Positions 27,054-36,449 of a stretch of 64,000 bases of DNA are shown here, piece after piece. The first letter of the stretch is position 1. The number at the start of each line of letters is the position of its first letter. The stretch spans positions 13,364-77,363 of IMG/VR virus record IMGVR_UViG_3300044852_000063. One strand, given 5' to 3'. Below the pieces are notes generated by a model that was given only the letters and a program-made list of their open reading frames with translations, was not told where the DNA came from and searched no databases. Source of the DNA: a virus. Lineage: Duplodnaviria > Caudoviricetes. The position numbers and the translations under genes were made by a program.

Positions 27054-28024
27054 AGCAATATCTGGAACTGTTGCACCTGGCCCTCGATCGGGGGCACTAC
27101 AAAGAAGACCGTACTGGGACCGGCACCTATGGGGTGTTCGGTCACCAGATGCGTTTCGACCTGAAGGATGGTTTCCCGATGGTCACCACCAAGCGCGTGC
27201 CGTTCAAGGCCGTGCTCAGTGAGCTGCTCTGGTTTATCAGCGGCTCGACCAACTGCAATGACCTCCGCGCCATCTTGCATGGCGAAGAGTTCCGCAACGA
27301 CTGGTCGAAGAAGACCATCTGGGACGATAACGCCGCGGCTCAAGGCCAGGCACTGGGCTATGAAGACGGTGAACTGGGGCCGGTCTACGGTTCTCAGTGG
27401 CGCCGTTGGGCCAACAGTGACTACACCAAGGGCAGCATTGACCAGCTGAGCCAGGCCATTGAAACCTTGAAGACCAATCCAGACAGCCGACGCATCATCG
27501 TCAGCGCCTGGAACCCGTCTGAGGTGGACAGCATGGCGTTACCGCCATGTCACGCCCTGTTCCAGTTCTTCAGTCGCAAACTGCGCATTGATGAACGGGT
27601 GAAGTGGCACCAGAAGCACAACGGCGGGCAGTTGGTCGGCGCAGTCGACAATCATGTGTTCCTTGGTCAGGTGCTGGACAAGCTGAACGTGCCTACCAGG
27701 GAGCTCAGCTGCCAGTTGTACCAACGCAGCTGCGATCTGTTCCTCGGTGTGCCGTTCAACATCGCCAGTTACGCGCTGCTGACGCACATGGTGGCCCAGG
27801 TTACTGGCCACAGTGTCGGTGACTTCGTCTGGACCGGCGGTGACTGCCACGTCTACGCCAACCATGTCGATCAAGTTAAGCTACAGTTGACTCGAGAGCC
27901 TCTTGAGTTGCCTTCACTGGTCATGAACTCCTACATCAAGGAGATTGACCAGTTCAAGATGCACGACTTCAACCTGATCAACTACAACCCACACGACGGT
28001 ATCGCTGCTCCAATGGCGATCTAG
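27050..28024 (+). CDS. thyA: thymidylate synthase
   Basis: [49 protein letters not shown]. Confidence 0.98.
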   Translation: MKQYLELLHLALDRGHYKEDRTGTGTYGVFGHQMRFDLKDGFPMVTTKRVPFKAVLSELLWFISGSTNCNDLRAILHGEEFRNDWSKKTIWDDNAAAQGQALGYEDGELGPVYGSQWRRWANSDYTKGSIDQLSQAIETLKTNPDSRRIIVSAWNPSEVDSMALPPCHALFQFFSRKLRIDERVKWHQKHNGGQLVGAVDNHVFLGQVLDKLNVPTRELSCQLYQRSCDLFLGVPFNIASYALLTHMVAQVTGHSVGDFVWTGGDCHVYANHVDQVKLQLTREPLELPSLVMNSYIKEIDQFKMHDFNLINYNPHDGIAAPMAI

Positions 28025-28033
28025 GAGCTACAA

Positions 28034-28231
28034 GTGTCTTTCAAGATCAATGACTTGGTGAACAAGGTGACTGGCGACTACCAGATCAAGGGGATCGTCC
28101 GTTCAGTGTTCACCAAGTGCAACGGTGAAACCCGTCTGGTGGTGGAACACCGGGCAGAAGGCGGCGGGAGCTTCCTTCACATCTACGGACCCAGCAATCT
28201 TGTGTTGCTGACCGAGGATGACCAGGCGTAA
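28034..28231 (+). CDS. small SH3/KOW-like hypothetical protein
   Basis: AGGAG RBS, GTG start; FKINDLV.K..GDY...G...LHIY. Confidence 0.68.
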   Translation: MSFKINDLVNKVTGDYQIKGIVRSVFTKCNGETRLVVEHRAEGGGSFLHIYGPSNLVLLTEDDQA

Positions 28232-28247
28232 TCTTGCGCCTCCAGTA

Positions 28248-28296
28248 GAGAGTCCAGTGCCTATACCCCTTCCAGTAGGCACTGGCTCTTTTTTTT
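28248..28296 (+). terminator. intrinsic terminator
   Basis: CCAGTGCCTA/TAGGCACTGG 10-bp stem followed by T8. Confidence 0.85.
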
Positions 28297-28334
28297 GCTC
28301 AAAATTTAACCAATCACCCACAAGGGAACAACGA

Positions 28335-30560
28335 ATGAATCTGGAAACCATCGGTAAGCAAATGCTCAGCGAGAGCAAGTTCTACATGGGCTACTCGCGC
28401 TGGCAGGAGTCGGAACAGCGTTATGAAAGCTGGTCTGAATCCGTTGCACGGGTGATGGACATGCACCGCCAGAAGTACGCGGACAAGATGACCCCGGTTC
28501 TCGAGGCCAACATCCAATTCGCCCAGGACTTCTACGCGGATCAAGGCGTGTTGGGTGCGCAACGAGCGCTGCAATTCGGTGGTGAGCAACTGTTCAAGCA
28601 CGAAGCACGCCTTTACAACTGCTCGTCGAGTCACGTCGACCGGGTGGCGTTCTTTCAGGAAGCCATGTACCTCCTGCTCTGCGGCTGTGGCGTGGGCTTC
28701 AGTGTGCAAACCCAGCACATCAGCCAGCTGCCAGTCATGGCACCACGTCACAACGACAAGTCCAAGCTGTTCGTGATCCCGGACTCCATTGAAGGCTGGG
28801 CTGACGCCTTTGGCGTGCTGCTCTCCAGCTACTTCAGTGAAGGCCAGCCGTTCCCGGAATACGCTCACCACCATGTGGCCTTTGACTTCAGCCAGATCCG
28901 CCCGAAGGGTGCGTTCATCTCTGGTGGTTTCAAGGCCCCAGGTCCGGACGGTCTGCGAGCGGCCCTGGTCAAGTGTGAAGAGCTGATGGACCGCCTGGTC
29001 GCAGCCGACACACGCATGACGCCAATCGGCGCCTATGACTTTGTCATGCACATGGCCGATGCCGTGCTCAGTGGGGGCGTGCGCCGCTCGGCGACCATCT
29101 GCCTGTTCTCGAAAGAGGACCAGGCCATGATGACTGCCAAGACCGGCAACTGGTTCGTCGAGAACCCGCAGCGCGGTCGCTCGAACAACTCGGTGATGCT
29201 ACTGCGTGACGAAGTCACTCGGGAAGAATGGGCGGAGATCATGAAGTCGGTGCGCCACTCCGGTGAGCCTGGCTTCATCTTCACCGACAACCTGGATCAC
29301 GCCTACAACCCGTGCGTGGAGATCGGCATGCTGCCGGTGACCGCCGCCGGTGAGTCGGGCTTCCAGATGTGCAACCTGACCGAGATCAATGGCGCCAAGT
29401 GCACCACGGTCGAGAAGCTGCTGGACGCCTGCCGGGCTGGCGCCATCCTGGGCACGCTGCAAGCGGGCTACACCAACTTCACCTACCTGTCCAAGGCAAC
29501 GCAACAGATCGTGGCGCGGGAGGCCCTGCTGGGCGTCAGCATCACCGGCTGGATGAACAGCCCGGACATCCTCTTCAAACCAGAGAATATGATCGCTGGG
29601 GCCGAAGTGGTGAAACAGGTGAACAAGGAGATCGCCGAGATGATCGGCATCAACGCCGCCGCCCGTACCACCTGTGCCAAGCCGTCAGGCAACGCCAGTG
29701 TGCTGCTGGGCACGGCGTCGGGGATTCACGGTGAGCACTCGGCGCGCTACTTCCGTCATGTGCAGATGAGCGACACCGACAGCACGCTGCCCATGCTGCT
29801 GGAGAAGAATCCGTCGATGGTGGAGGACTCGGTATGGAGTGCCAACGGCACGGACAAGGTCGTGGCCTTCCCGATCATCAGCAAAGTTGGCTCGATCTTC
29901 AAATCCGACTTGCTCGGCGTGAAGCAGCTCGACTTCGTCAAGCTGGCGCAACAGTACTGGGTGGAGTACGGCACCAACCTGCACCTGTGCACGGATGAAC
30001 GCCTGCGCCACAACATCTCCAACACCATCACGGTCGACGACTGGGATGAAGTGGAGCAGTACATCTTCGACAACCGTCAATGGTTCGCGGGCATCTCGCT
30101 CATGGCCGGCGCCGGTGACAAGGCCTTCCCTCAGGCCCCGTTCACCGAAGTCCTGACCATGGAAGAGATCACGGCGCGCTACGGCGATGCCTCGCTGTTC
30201 GCCTCAGGGCTGATCGTCGATGGGCTCGATGCCTTCGACAACAACCTGTGGAACGCCTGCAACACCGCGGTTGACCCGGACATGTACCCGTACCAGCCGA
30301 ACAAGCGCACCTTGCTCTTGCAGAAGGACTGGGTACGTCGCGCCAACCAGTTCGCCAACAACTACTTTGGCGGCAACGTGGTGGAGATGACCTGCTGCCT
30401 GAAGGACGTCTACAACCTGCACAAGTGGAAGAACATCGAGCAGAAGCTGGTGCCGATCGACTTCGTCAAATCCATCAGCAAGCAGGAATACACCGACGTC
30501 AGCACCATGGGTGCGCAAGCCTGCGCCGGCGGCGTGTGTGACATCAGCTTGAAGATCTGA
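28335..30560 (+). CDS. nrdJ: class II (B12-dependent, monomeric-type) ribonucleotide reductase
   Basis: YNC, DSIEGW, GGVRRSA, NPCVEI, CNLTEIN, KPSG, C-terminal CAGGVC; no nrdB partner in the window. Confidence 0.9.
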   Translation: MNLETIGKQMLSESKFYMGYSRWQESEQRYESWSESVARVMDMHRQKYADKMTPVLEANIQFAQDFYADQGVLGAQRALQFGGEQLFKHEARLYNCSSSHVDRVAFFQEAMYLLLCGCGVGFSVQTQHISQLPVMAPRHNDKSKLFVIPDSIEGWADAFGVLLSSYFSEGQPFPEYAHHHVAFDFSQIRPKGAFISGGFKAPGPDGLRAALVKCEELMDRLVAADTRMTPIGAYDFVMHMADAVLSGGVRRSATICLFSKEDQAMMTAKTGNWFVENPQRGRSNNSVMLLRDEVTREEWAEIMKSVRHSGEPGFIFTDNLDHAYNPCVEIGMLPVTAAGESGFQMCNLTEINGAKCTTVEKLLDACRAGAILGTLQAGYTNFTYLSKATQQIVAREALLGVSITGWMNSPDILFKPENMIAGAEVVKQVNKEIAEMIGINAAARTTCAKPSGNASVLLGTASGIHGEHSARYFRHVQMSDTDSTLPMLLEKNPSMVEDSVWSANGTDKVVAFPIISKVGSIFKSDLLGVKQLDFVKLAQQYWVEYGTNLHLCTDERLRHNISNTITVDDWDEVEQYIFDNRQWFAGISLMAGAGDKAFPQAPFTEVLTMEEITARYGDASLFASGLIVDGLDAFDNNLWNACNTAVDPDMYPYQPNKRTLLLQKDWVRRANQFANNYFGGNVVEMTCCLKDVYNLHKWKNIEQKLVPIDFVKSISKQEYTDVSTMGAQACAGGVCDISLKI

Positions 30561-30853
30561 CCGTAGCGACTGGCCCGAGGCCAAAACCCCCCAGCCGTAG
30601 CGTAGCGAAGGCGCCCGGGGGTGGAGGCCGACGGTCAGGAGCGACTACAGACACCACCAGAGTACAGACGCCCTCCGGGCGTTTTTGCAGGAAAATAAAC
30701 CTTCACTTACTCAACACCGGGCTCTACGTCCCGGCGCCCCTGCCACCCCTGGCGGGCGCTCGCTGCGCTCGGCCCTTGGGGTACGGGGCTTGGGACTCCC
30801 GAGCCCGATCTGATCCACAGTGGGATCGGGGGAGGGAGTCCCCCTTATATAAT
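30561..30853. other. structured non-coding element: two long rod hairpins, AT-rich spacer, TATAAT box
   Basis: Hairpins 30563-30648 and 30718-30807 paired by eye; see findings. Confidence 0.65.
30668..30687 (+). terminator. putative terminator after nrdJ
   Basis: ACGCCC-tcc-GGGCGT followed by TTTT. Confidence 0.6.
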
Positions 30854-30894
30854 ACGACGTTCTGAGTTGATCACTTTTTAATCAGGTGAACTTC

Positions 30895-31353
30895 ATGAAA
30901 AAGCTCACGGTAGATGACATCCCAGTCCGGAATTACAGCATCGACGACCTGCCGACTCTGAAGGCCAGCCTGGGTAAAGCCAAAGTGGACAAGCTCCGCT
31001 ATGCCGGACAGGAGGACAGCAGCAAGCTGGCCAACTCGAAGAACGTACCGAACACTGTCTTGCAGTTCATGCAGGACAAAGAGCCCGGTCAAGCCGGGTG
31101 CTGGGTCGACGACATCATTCAAGGTGTGGCTCGACTGGATCATCAAGCGACAAAGCACCGTTCACCTCCCCTGAGCGCGACTCGACTGTACTCCATCCTC
31201 CAGTGTGTGGAACTCATCAACACCCGGGAGCTGATGAAGATGCTGTCAGTGGATAAGCGTCAAGCTCAGAAGTACATGAAGGCCTGTCAGCTGATTATCA
31301 CAGCGATTGAACGACACCTCAGCACAGTAGAAGACAGCAACCCTTCGGGTTGA
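30895..31353 (+). CDS. putative HTH DNA-binding protein
   Basis: AGGTG RBS; C-terminal LYSILQ..ELINTRELMKMLSVDKRQAQKYM is HTH-like. Confidence 0.65.
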   Translation: MKKLTVDDIPVRNYSIDDLPTLKASLGKAKVDKLRYAGQEDSSKLANSKNVPNTVLQFMQDKEPGQAGCWVDDIIQGVARLDHQATKHRSPPLSATRLYSILQCVELINTRELMKMLSVDKRQAQKYMKACQLIITAIERHLSTVEDSNPSG

Positions 31354-31424
31354 GTGGTGGTCGCTGGCGTTTTGTTCGTTCTGTTCTACCTTCAACAATC
31401 CATGTAACGGATTAAGGAATCACA

Positions 31425-31817
31425 ATGCGCGACTGCAAGACCATTAGCTGTGCGGGGAAGGTTGTTCACGGGCGGGAGGGGGACTTCTGCCTGGCATGTA
31501 CCACCAATGGCAGTGCTGAGCAGGGGCTCTCCGAGCCCATTCGCGAAAATCGCGTGCTCCGCTTGTCTGAGCTCTATCCAAAGTACTTCAAACCAGTGAC
31601 TGAACTGGATGAAGTCGATGTGTATCAGGTTCACGAGCTGTTCCAAGTGCAGGACTTCTCCGGCGCCATTCACCACGCCAGCAAGAAGCTCTTGCTCAGC
31701 GGTGTGCGCACCGGCGGCAAGTCCAAGTTCGATGACATCCGCGAAGCGCGGGACACCCTCAACCGCTGGCTCGAAATTAACAAACCCCCAGCATCCCTGA
31801 CACAGGTGGCTTCATGA
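31425..31817 (+). CDS. DUF3310-like protein
   Basis: DVYQV..LF...HASKKLL..G.R.GK...DIREA...L.RW. Confidence 0.72.
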   Translation: MRDCKTISCAGKVVHGREGDFCLACTTNGSAEQGLSEPIRENRVLRLSELYPKYFKPVTELDEVDVYQVHELFQVQDFSGAIHHASKKLLLSGVRTGGKSKFDDIREARDTLNRWLEINKPPASLTQVAS

Positions 31818-32809
31818 CTACGTTCTCCAACCGCGGCAACATTCCGTTGTCCTTGGCGGTGTACCTCGCCAGCGACAACTACGACTACAACACCGACCCG
31901 TTCACCATTTCGGTGACCACCCTGCTCAAACCAGTGCGCCAAGTCGTGCTGGCCGGCCGGGTGCCCCCAGAAGAAGGTGTCCAGGACATCGCTGGTTTGA
32001 TCCAGGCCCGCATGGGCCAGGCCATCCACGATGCCATCGAACGGGCGTGGACCGACAACCACAGCAAGTCGCTGACGGCGTTGGGCTACCCGGCCAAGGT
32101 CATCGACCTGGTGCGCATCAACCCCACCGACGAGGAACTGGCGGCCAACCCCGACCTGATCCCGATCTACCTGGAGCAGCGCGCCAGTAAGAAGTTCGGC
32201 AAGTGGACGGTGTCCGGCAAGTTCGATTTCATTGGCGACGGCCGAGTGGAAGATTTCAAGACCACCTCGACCTTTACCTGGACGGCGAACAACAAGGACG
32301 AGGACTACATTCTTCAGGGCTCGATGTATCGGGTGCTCAACCCGAAGAAGATCACCCAGGACGTCATGGCCATCCAGTTCATCTTCACGGACTGGTCGCC
32401 GCTGCGGGCTCGCACCGAGAAGAATTATCCGCCTACCCGTTCCGCCGAGCGGGTGCTAACCTTGCGCCCCCTCGCAGAGACCGAACGCTGGATCAACGAG
32501 CGCTTGGACCTGTTTGAACGCAACTGGGACCTGCCTCAGGAAGAGCTGCCGCTCTGCACTGACAAGGAGCTGTGGCGCTCCGACCCGGTCTACAAGTACT
32601 ACAAAAACCCAGCCTCGGATAAACCCGGCGGCCGGAGCACGAAGAACTTCGACAACAAACACGACGCCCAAATTCGCCTGGTCGAAGACGGCAACGTGGG
32701 CATCGTCAAAGAAGTTCCGGGTTCTCCGACTGCCTGCAAATACTGCGCGGCCCTGCCGATCTGTGCCCAAGCTGCTGCCATGGTGGCTTCGGGGGATCTC
32801 GTACTGTAA
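31814..32809 (+). CDS. PD-(D/E)XK (Cas4-like) nuclease, N4 gp42-like
   Basis: SVTTLLKP, G.AIH, GKFD...EDFKTTS, Q..MY, C-terminal CKYC...C. Confidence 0.88.
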   Translation: MTTFSNRGNIPLSLAVYLASDNYDYNTDPFTISVTTLLKPVRQVVLAGRVPPEEGVQDIAGLIQARMGQAIHDAIERAWTDNHSKSLTALGYPAKVIDLVRINPTDEELAANPDLIPIYLEQRASKKFGKWTVSGKFDFIGDGRVEDFKTTSTFTWTANNKDEDYILQGSMYRVLNPKKITQDVMAIQFIFTDWSPLRARTEKNYPPTRSAERVLTLRPLAETERWINERLDLFERNWDLPQEELPLCTDKELWRSDPVYKYYKNPASDKPGGRSTKNFDNKHDAQIRLVEDGNVGIVKEVPGSPTACKYCAALPICAQAAAMVASGDLVL

Positions 32810-32823
32810 TCAAGGAGCCTCCC

Positions 32824-34971
32824 ATGCTATCCGTCGCTGAAATGGAGTATCACCCCACCGCTGAAGAGCTGGTGCAGATCCTCTGTAGCAAAACCCAGAA
32901 CAGCAACCCGCTGTTCTTCCGTGTCCTGGTCGGCTACTACTTCAGCATGATCGCCTCGGCGATGCGCTGCACCATTGCCACCCATGACCGCGGAGACATT
33001 CCGGTCAACATGTACGCGCTCAACCTGAGCACCTCTGGTTCCGGCAAGGGCCACTCGACCTCCATCATGGAGAACGAAGTGATCCACCTGTTCCGCGGGC
33101 GCTTCATGGAAGAGACCTTCCCGATCCTGGCCGAGATGAACCTACCGAAGCTGGCCAACAAGCGGGCGGTGCGCAAGTCCTGCGACCCGGACGAAGAGCT
33201 GGTGCGGGTGCAGAAGGAATTCGAGAACCTGGGCAACCTGGTTTTCAGTTTCGACTCCGGCACCCCGGCAGCGGTCAAGCAGATGCGGCACAAGCTGCTG
33301 ATGGCCGACGCTGGCGCCGTGTCCTTGCAGATCGACGAGATCGGCTCGAACCTGATGGGCAACATCGAGGTGCTCAACACTTTCCTGGAGCTGTACGACG
33401 TCGGCGCCATCAAGGAAAAGCTGATCAAGAACACCTCGGAAAACACCCGCAGTGAACAGATCATCGGCCGGACCCCGACCAACATGATGCTGTTCGGCAC
33501 CCCGGCCAAGCTGCTCAATGGCAGCAAGACCGAGGAAGAGCTGTACTCGATGCTTGAGACCGGCTATGCCCGACGTTGTTTCTTCGGCTACAGCCGAGCG
33601 ATCAACAAGGTGCATGACCTGACCCCCGAGCAGGTTTACTTGCTGCGCACGGACACCGGGCAAAACCAGTTCCTCAGTGACCTGGCCGATCGCCTGGAAC
33701 ACCTGGCGGACATGATCAACGTCAACAAGAAGTTGGTCATGAGCAAGGAAACCACCCTGGTGCTGATCGAGTACCACCTCAAGTGTGAGCGTGACGCCGA
33801 AGCGTTGCCCGAACACGAAGAGATCCGCAAGGCGGAGATCACCCACCGCTACTTCAAGGCGCTCAAACTGGCCGGGGCCTATGCCTTTGTCGACGACTCG
33901 CCGGAGCTCACCGAGAAGCACCTGTACTACGCGATCAAGCTGGCTGAAGAGTCTGGTTTGGCGTTTGAGGCCCTGCTCACGCGGGACCGCAACTACGTCA
34001 AGCTGGCCAAGTACATCGCCTCCGTCGGCAAGGACATCACCCAGGCTGACCTGGTGGAAGACCTGCCGTTCTACAAAGGCCCGCAAGGCGCCAAGCAGGA
34101 GATGATGCAACTGGCAATCGCCTACGGCTACAAGAACAACATCATCATCAAGAAGTCCTTCGACGATGGGATCGAGTTCCTCCGCGGCGAATCACTCAAG
34201 CCGACTGACTTGAACAGCATGGTCCTCAGCTACAGCGAGGACATCGCCTACAAGTACCAGAACGACACCGCGCCGTTCGACCAGCTGCATGTCCTGATGC
34301 AACTGCCTGGCATGCACTGGGTCAACCACCACCTGAAAGGCGGCCACCGCTGCGAAGAGAACTGCATCGAGGGCTCCAACCTTCTGGTGATCGACGTGGA
34401 CGGCACCTGTCAGCTGGGCACGGCCAAGCTGCTGCTCAAGGACTACAAGGCGCTGTACTACACCACCAAGCGTCACACCGACGAAGAGAACCGCTTCCGG
34501 ATCATCCTGCCGATGAACTATGAGCTGAAGATGGACGCCAAGGATTACAAAGCGTTCATGTTCAACCTCTTCGAGTGGCTGCCGTTCGAGGCGGACGATG
34601 CAACTGGCCAGCGGGCACGCAAGTGGATGACCCACCAGGGTCACTACGAGTACACCGAAGGTGAGCTGATCGACGTGCTGCCGTTCATCCCGAAAACGGT
34701 GAAAAACGAAGAGCGCAAAAACAAACTGGATTCCCAGCAGTCGCTGGACAATCTGGAGCGTTGGATGCTCAACAACACCGGGGACGGCAACCGCAACAAC
34801 ATGCTGCATCGCTACGGCATGCTGCTGGTGGAAGCGGGCTTCAGCTTCGACAACGTGCGGACCAAGATCAACGACCTCAACGACAAGCTGGCTGACAAGC
34901 TGGACGAGGCCGAGATCATGGGCACCATCATGATCGGCGTGACCAAGGCCATTGCCAAGCGTGGCGCTTAA
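32824..34971 (+). CDS. helicase-primase (N4 gp43-like): P-loop domain + AEP-like primase + PriCT
   Basis: STSGSGKG, IDEIG; VIDVDG, YTTKRH, RFRIILP; GNRNNML. Confidence 0.9.
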   Translation: MLSVAEMEYHPTAEELVQILCSKTQNSNPLFFRVLVGYYFSMIASAMRCTIATHDRGDIPVNMYALNLSTSGSGKGHSTSIMENEVIHLFRGRFMEETFPILAEMNLPKLANKRAVRKSCDPDEELVRVQKEFENLGNLVFSFDSGTPAAVKQMRHKLLMADAGAVSLQIDEIGSNLMGNIEVLNTFLELYDVGAIKEKLIKNTSENTRSEQIIGRTPTNMMLFGTPAKLLNGSKTEEELYSMLETGYARRCFFGYSRAINKVHDLTPEQVYLLRTDTGQNQFLSDLADRLEHLADMINVNKKLVMSKETTLVLIEYHLKCERDAEALPEHEEIRKAEITHRYFKALKLAGAYAFVDDSPELTEKHLYYAIKLAEESGLAFEALLTRDRNYVKLAKYIASVGKDITQADLVEDLPFYKGPQGAKQEMMQLAIAYGYKNNIIIKKSFDDGIEFLRGESLKPTDLNSMVLSYSEDIAYKYQNDTAPFDQLHVLMQLPGMHWVNHHLKGGHRCEENCIEGSNLLVIDVDGTCQLGTAKLLLKDYKALYYTTKRHTDEENRFRIILPMNYELKMDAKDYKAFMFNLFEWLPFEADDATGQRARKWMTHQGHYEYTEGELIDVLPFIPKTVKNEERKNKLDSQQSLDNLERWMLNNTGDGNRNNMLHRYGMLLVEAGFSFDNVRTKINDLNDKLADKLDEAEIMGTIMIGVTKAIAKRGA

Positions 34972-35017
34972 ACCTACCGGGGGGATTCGTCTCCCCAACA
35001 ATTTCAAGGAGCGAGCC

Positions 35018-35521
35018 ATGGGCTGCGACATCCATCTGTACAGTGAAACTCGCCAGAACGGCGGTGCCTGGGTCTGCAACCAGGCTGAACAGGCCACTCG
35101 GGAAACCGAAGACTATGGCGACGGTCCCTTTGAACATCTGGACATCCCCCGGATGGAAGGCCGTAGCAGCCGAGATTACTGGCTGTTTGGCATGCTGAAC
35201 ACTGGCGTGCGAACTACCTGGGCCTGGGGCTTCCCTTACCGTGACGAGTTCCCTGCTGAGTCTTCTGAGCTGTTGGCTGAGCTGAAGAAGCAGGAAGGTG
35301 AAGACGCACACAGTTGCAGCTACCTGACTGTGGCTGAACTGAAGGACAAGGTCGCTGAGCTCAAGCTCAAGCGTGCCGAGTACCTGATCAACCCTCCTGA
35401 GCAAACTCAGTGGGCTGAAGCGGTGCCATACCACATCGACAAGTTGGAAGGCTTGATCTCTGAGTTCGATCCCACCTTGCCGGACAAAGACCAGCGCATC
35501 GTGTTCTGGTTCGATAACTGA
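35018..35521 (+). CDS. hypothetical protein
   Basis: AAGGAG RBS; MGCDIH...RDY.LF..L..VR...HS.SYLT..EL...R.VFWFDN family pattern. Confidence 0.78.
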   Translation: MGCDIHLYSETRQNGGAWVCNQAEQATRETEDYGDGPFEHLDIPRMEGRSSRDYWLFGMLNTGVRTTWAWGFPYRDEFPAESSELLAELKKQEGEDAHSCSYLTVAELKDKVAELKLKRAEYLINPPEQTQWAEAVPYHIDKLEGLISEFDPTLPDKDQRIVFWFDN

Positions 35522-35651
35522 ACGCCAGCCAAGTTGCGCCGTGACTTCAAGCGCAATTTCATGGGTTGAACAAGTGCCCGTCCGGGCACGGCTGTGAAAA
35601 TCTCGGGAAGGCCTGCGGGCCAACCCACCACTGAAACCAGAGGATTAACCC

Positions 35652-36383
35652 GTGACTCAAGTCATCAACGACAACCTGGTGCTGCTCGGCGGTAAATCGG
35701 CGACCGGTAAGTCAGCGTCCCTGATGGGCCTGAACAACCCGCAAGGGGTCATGTACCTGAACTGCGAGGCCGGCAAAAAACTGCCGTTCAAATCGAAGTT
35801 CGTCGAGCTGGTGGTCACCGATCCGACCCAGGTCTATCAGGCCTTCGACGAAGCGGAGCAGATGCCGGAAATCCACACCATCGTGGTCGACTCGCTGACC
35901 TTCCTCATGGAAATGTTCGAGTCGGTGTACGTGGTCAACTCGGCCAACACCATGGCGGCCTGGGGCAGCTACGCGCAGTTCTACAAGAACCTGATGCAGC
36001 AGTACGTTGCCAAGTCGACCAAGAACGTGATCTTCATCGCGCACACCGCCGACACCCTCAATGAGGGTGAGATGGTCATGGAAACCAAGGTGCCGGTGAA
36101 AGGCAGCCTGAAAGGCGTCGGCCTCGAGTCGTTCTTTTCCGTGGTCATCGCCAGCAAGAAGGTGCCGCTCAAGACCCTCAAGGGTTACGAGTCGCCGATG
36201 CTGGTCATCACCCCAGAAGAAGAAGCTCTTGGCTTCAAGTACGTGTTCCAGGTGAAGATCACCAAGGAATCCGTCAACGAGCGTCTGCGTGGCCCACTGG
36301 GCCTGTTCGTGACCCAGGAAACCTTCATCGACAACAACATGCAGCTGGTCTTGGATCGCCTGCACTCCTACTACAACGAGTAA
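35652..36383 (+). CDS. Sak4-like AAA ATPase (N4 gp44-like)
   Basis: GKSATGKS, IVVDSLT, IFIAH; directly upstream of SSB. Confidence 0.88.
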   Translation: MTQVINDNLVLLGGKSATGKSASLMGLNNPQGVMYLNCEAGKKLPFKSKFVELVVTDPTQVYQAFDEAEQMPEIHTIVVDSLTFLMEMFESVYVVNSANTMAAWGSYAQFYKNLMQQYVAKSTKNVIFIAHTADTLNEGEMVMETKVPVKGSLKGVGLESFFSVVIASKKVPLKTLKGYESPMLVITPEEEALGFKYVFQVKITKESVNERLRGPLGLFVTQETFIDNNMQLVLDRLHSYYNE

Positions 36384-36449
36384 AGTTGTAGCTGGGCAAC
36401 CACCAAAGTCGCTGTACCCCAACCCTAATTCTGTAATGAGGAAATACCC

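Noticed and set aside
28232-28334. Cobalamin riboswitch before nrdJ
   Set aside because: Only ~100 nt, explained by one terminator hairpin; no B12-box seen
30561-30853. Mini-CRISPR array or IS ends
   Set aside because: No regularly spaced direct repeats, terminal inverted repeats or transposase
31814-32809. Cas4 of a CRISPR system
   Set aside because: Core N4 gp42-like nuclease in its usual synteny; no cas genes or array
35562-35630. Hammerhead or other self-cleaving ribozyme
   Set aside because: No CUGAnGA core correctly placed relative to GAAA
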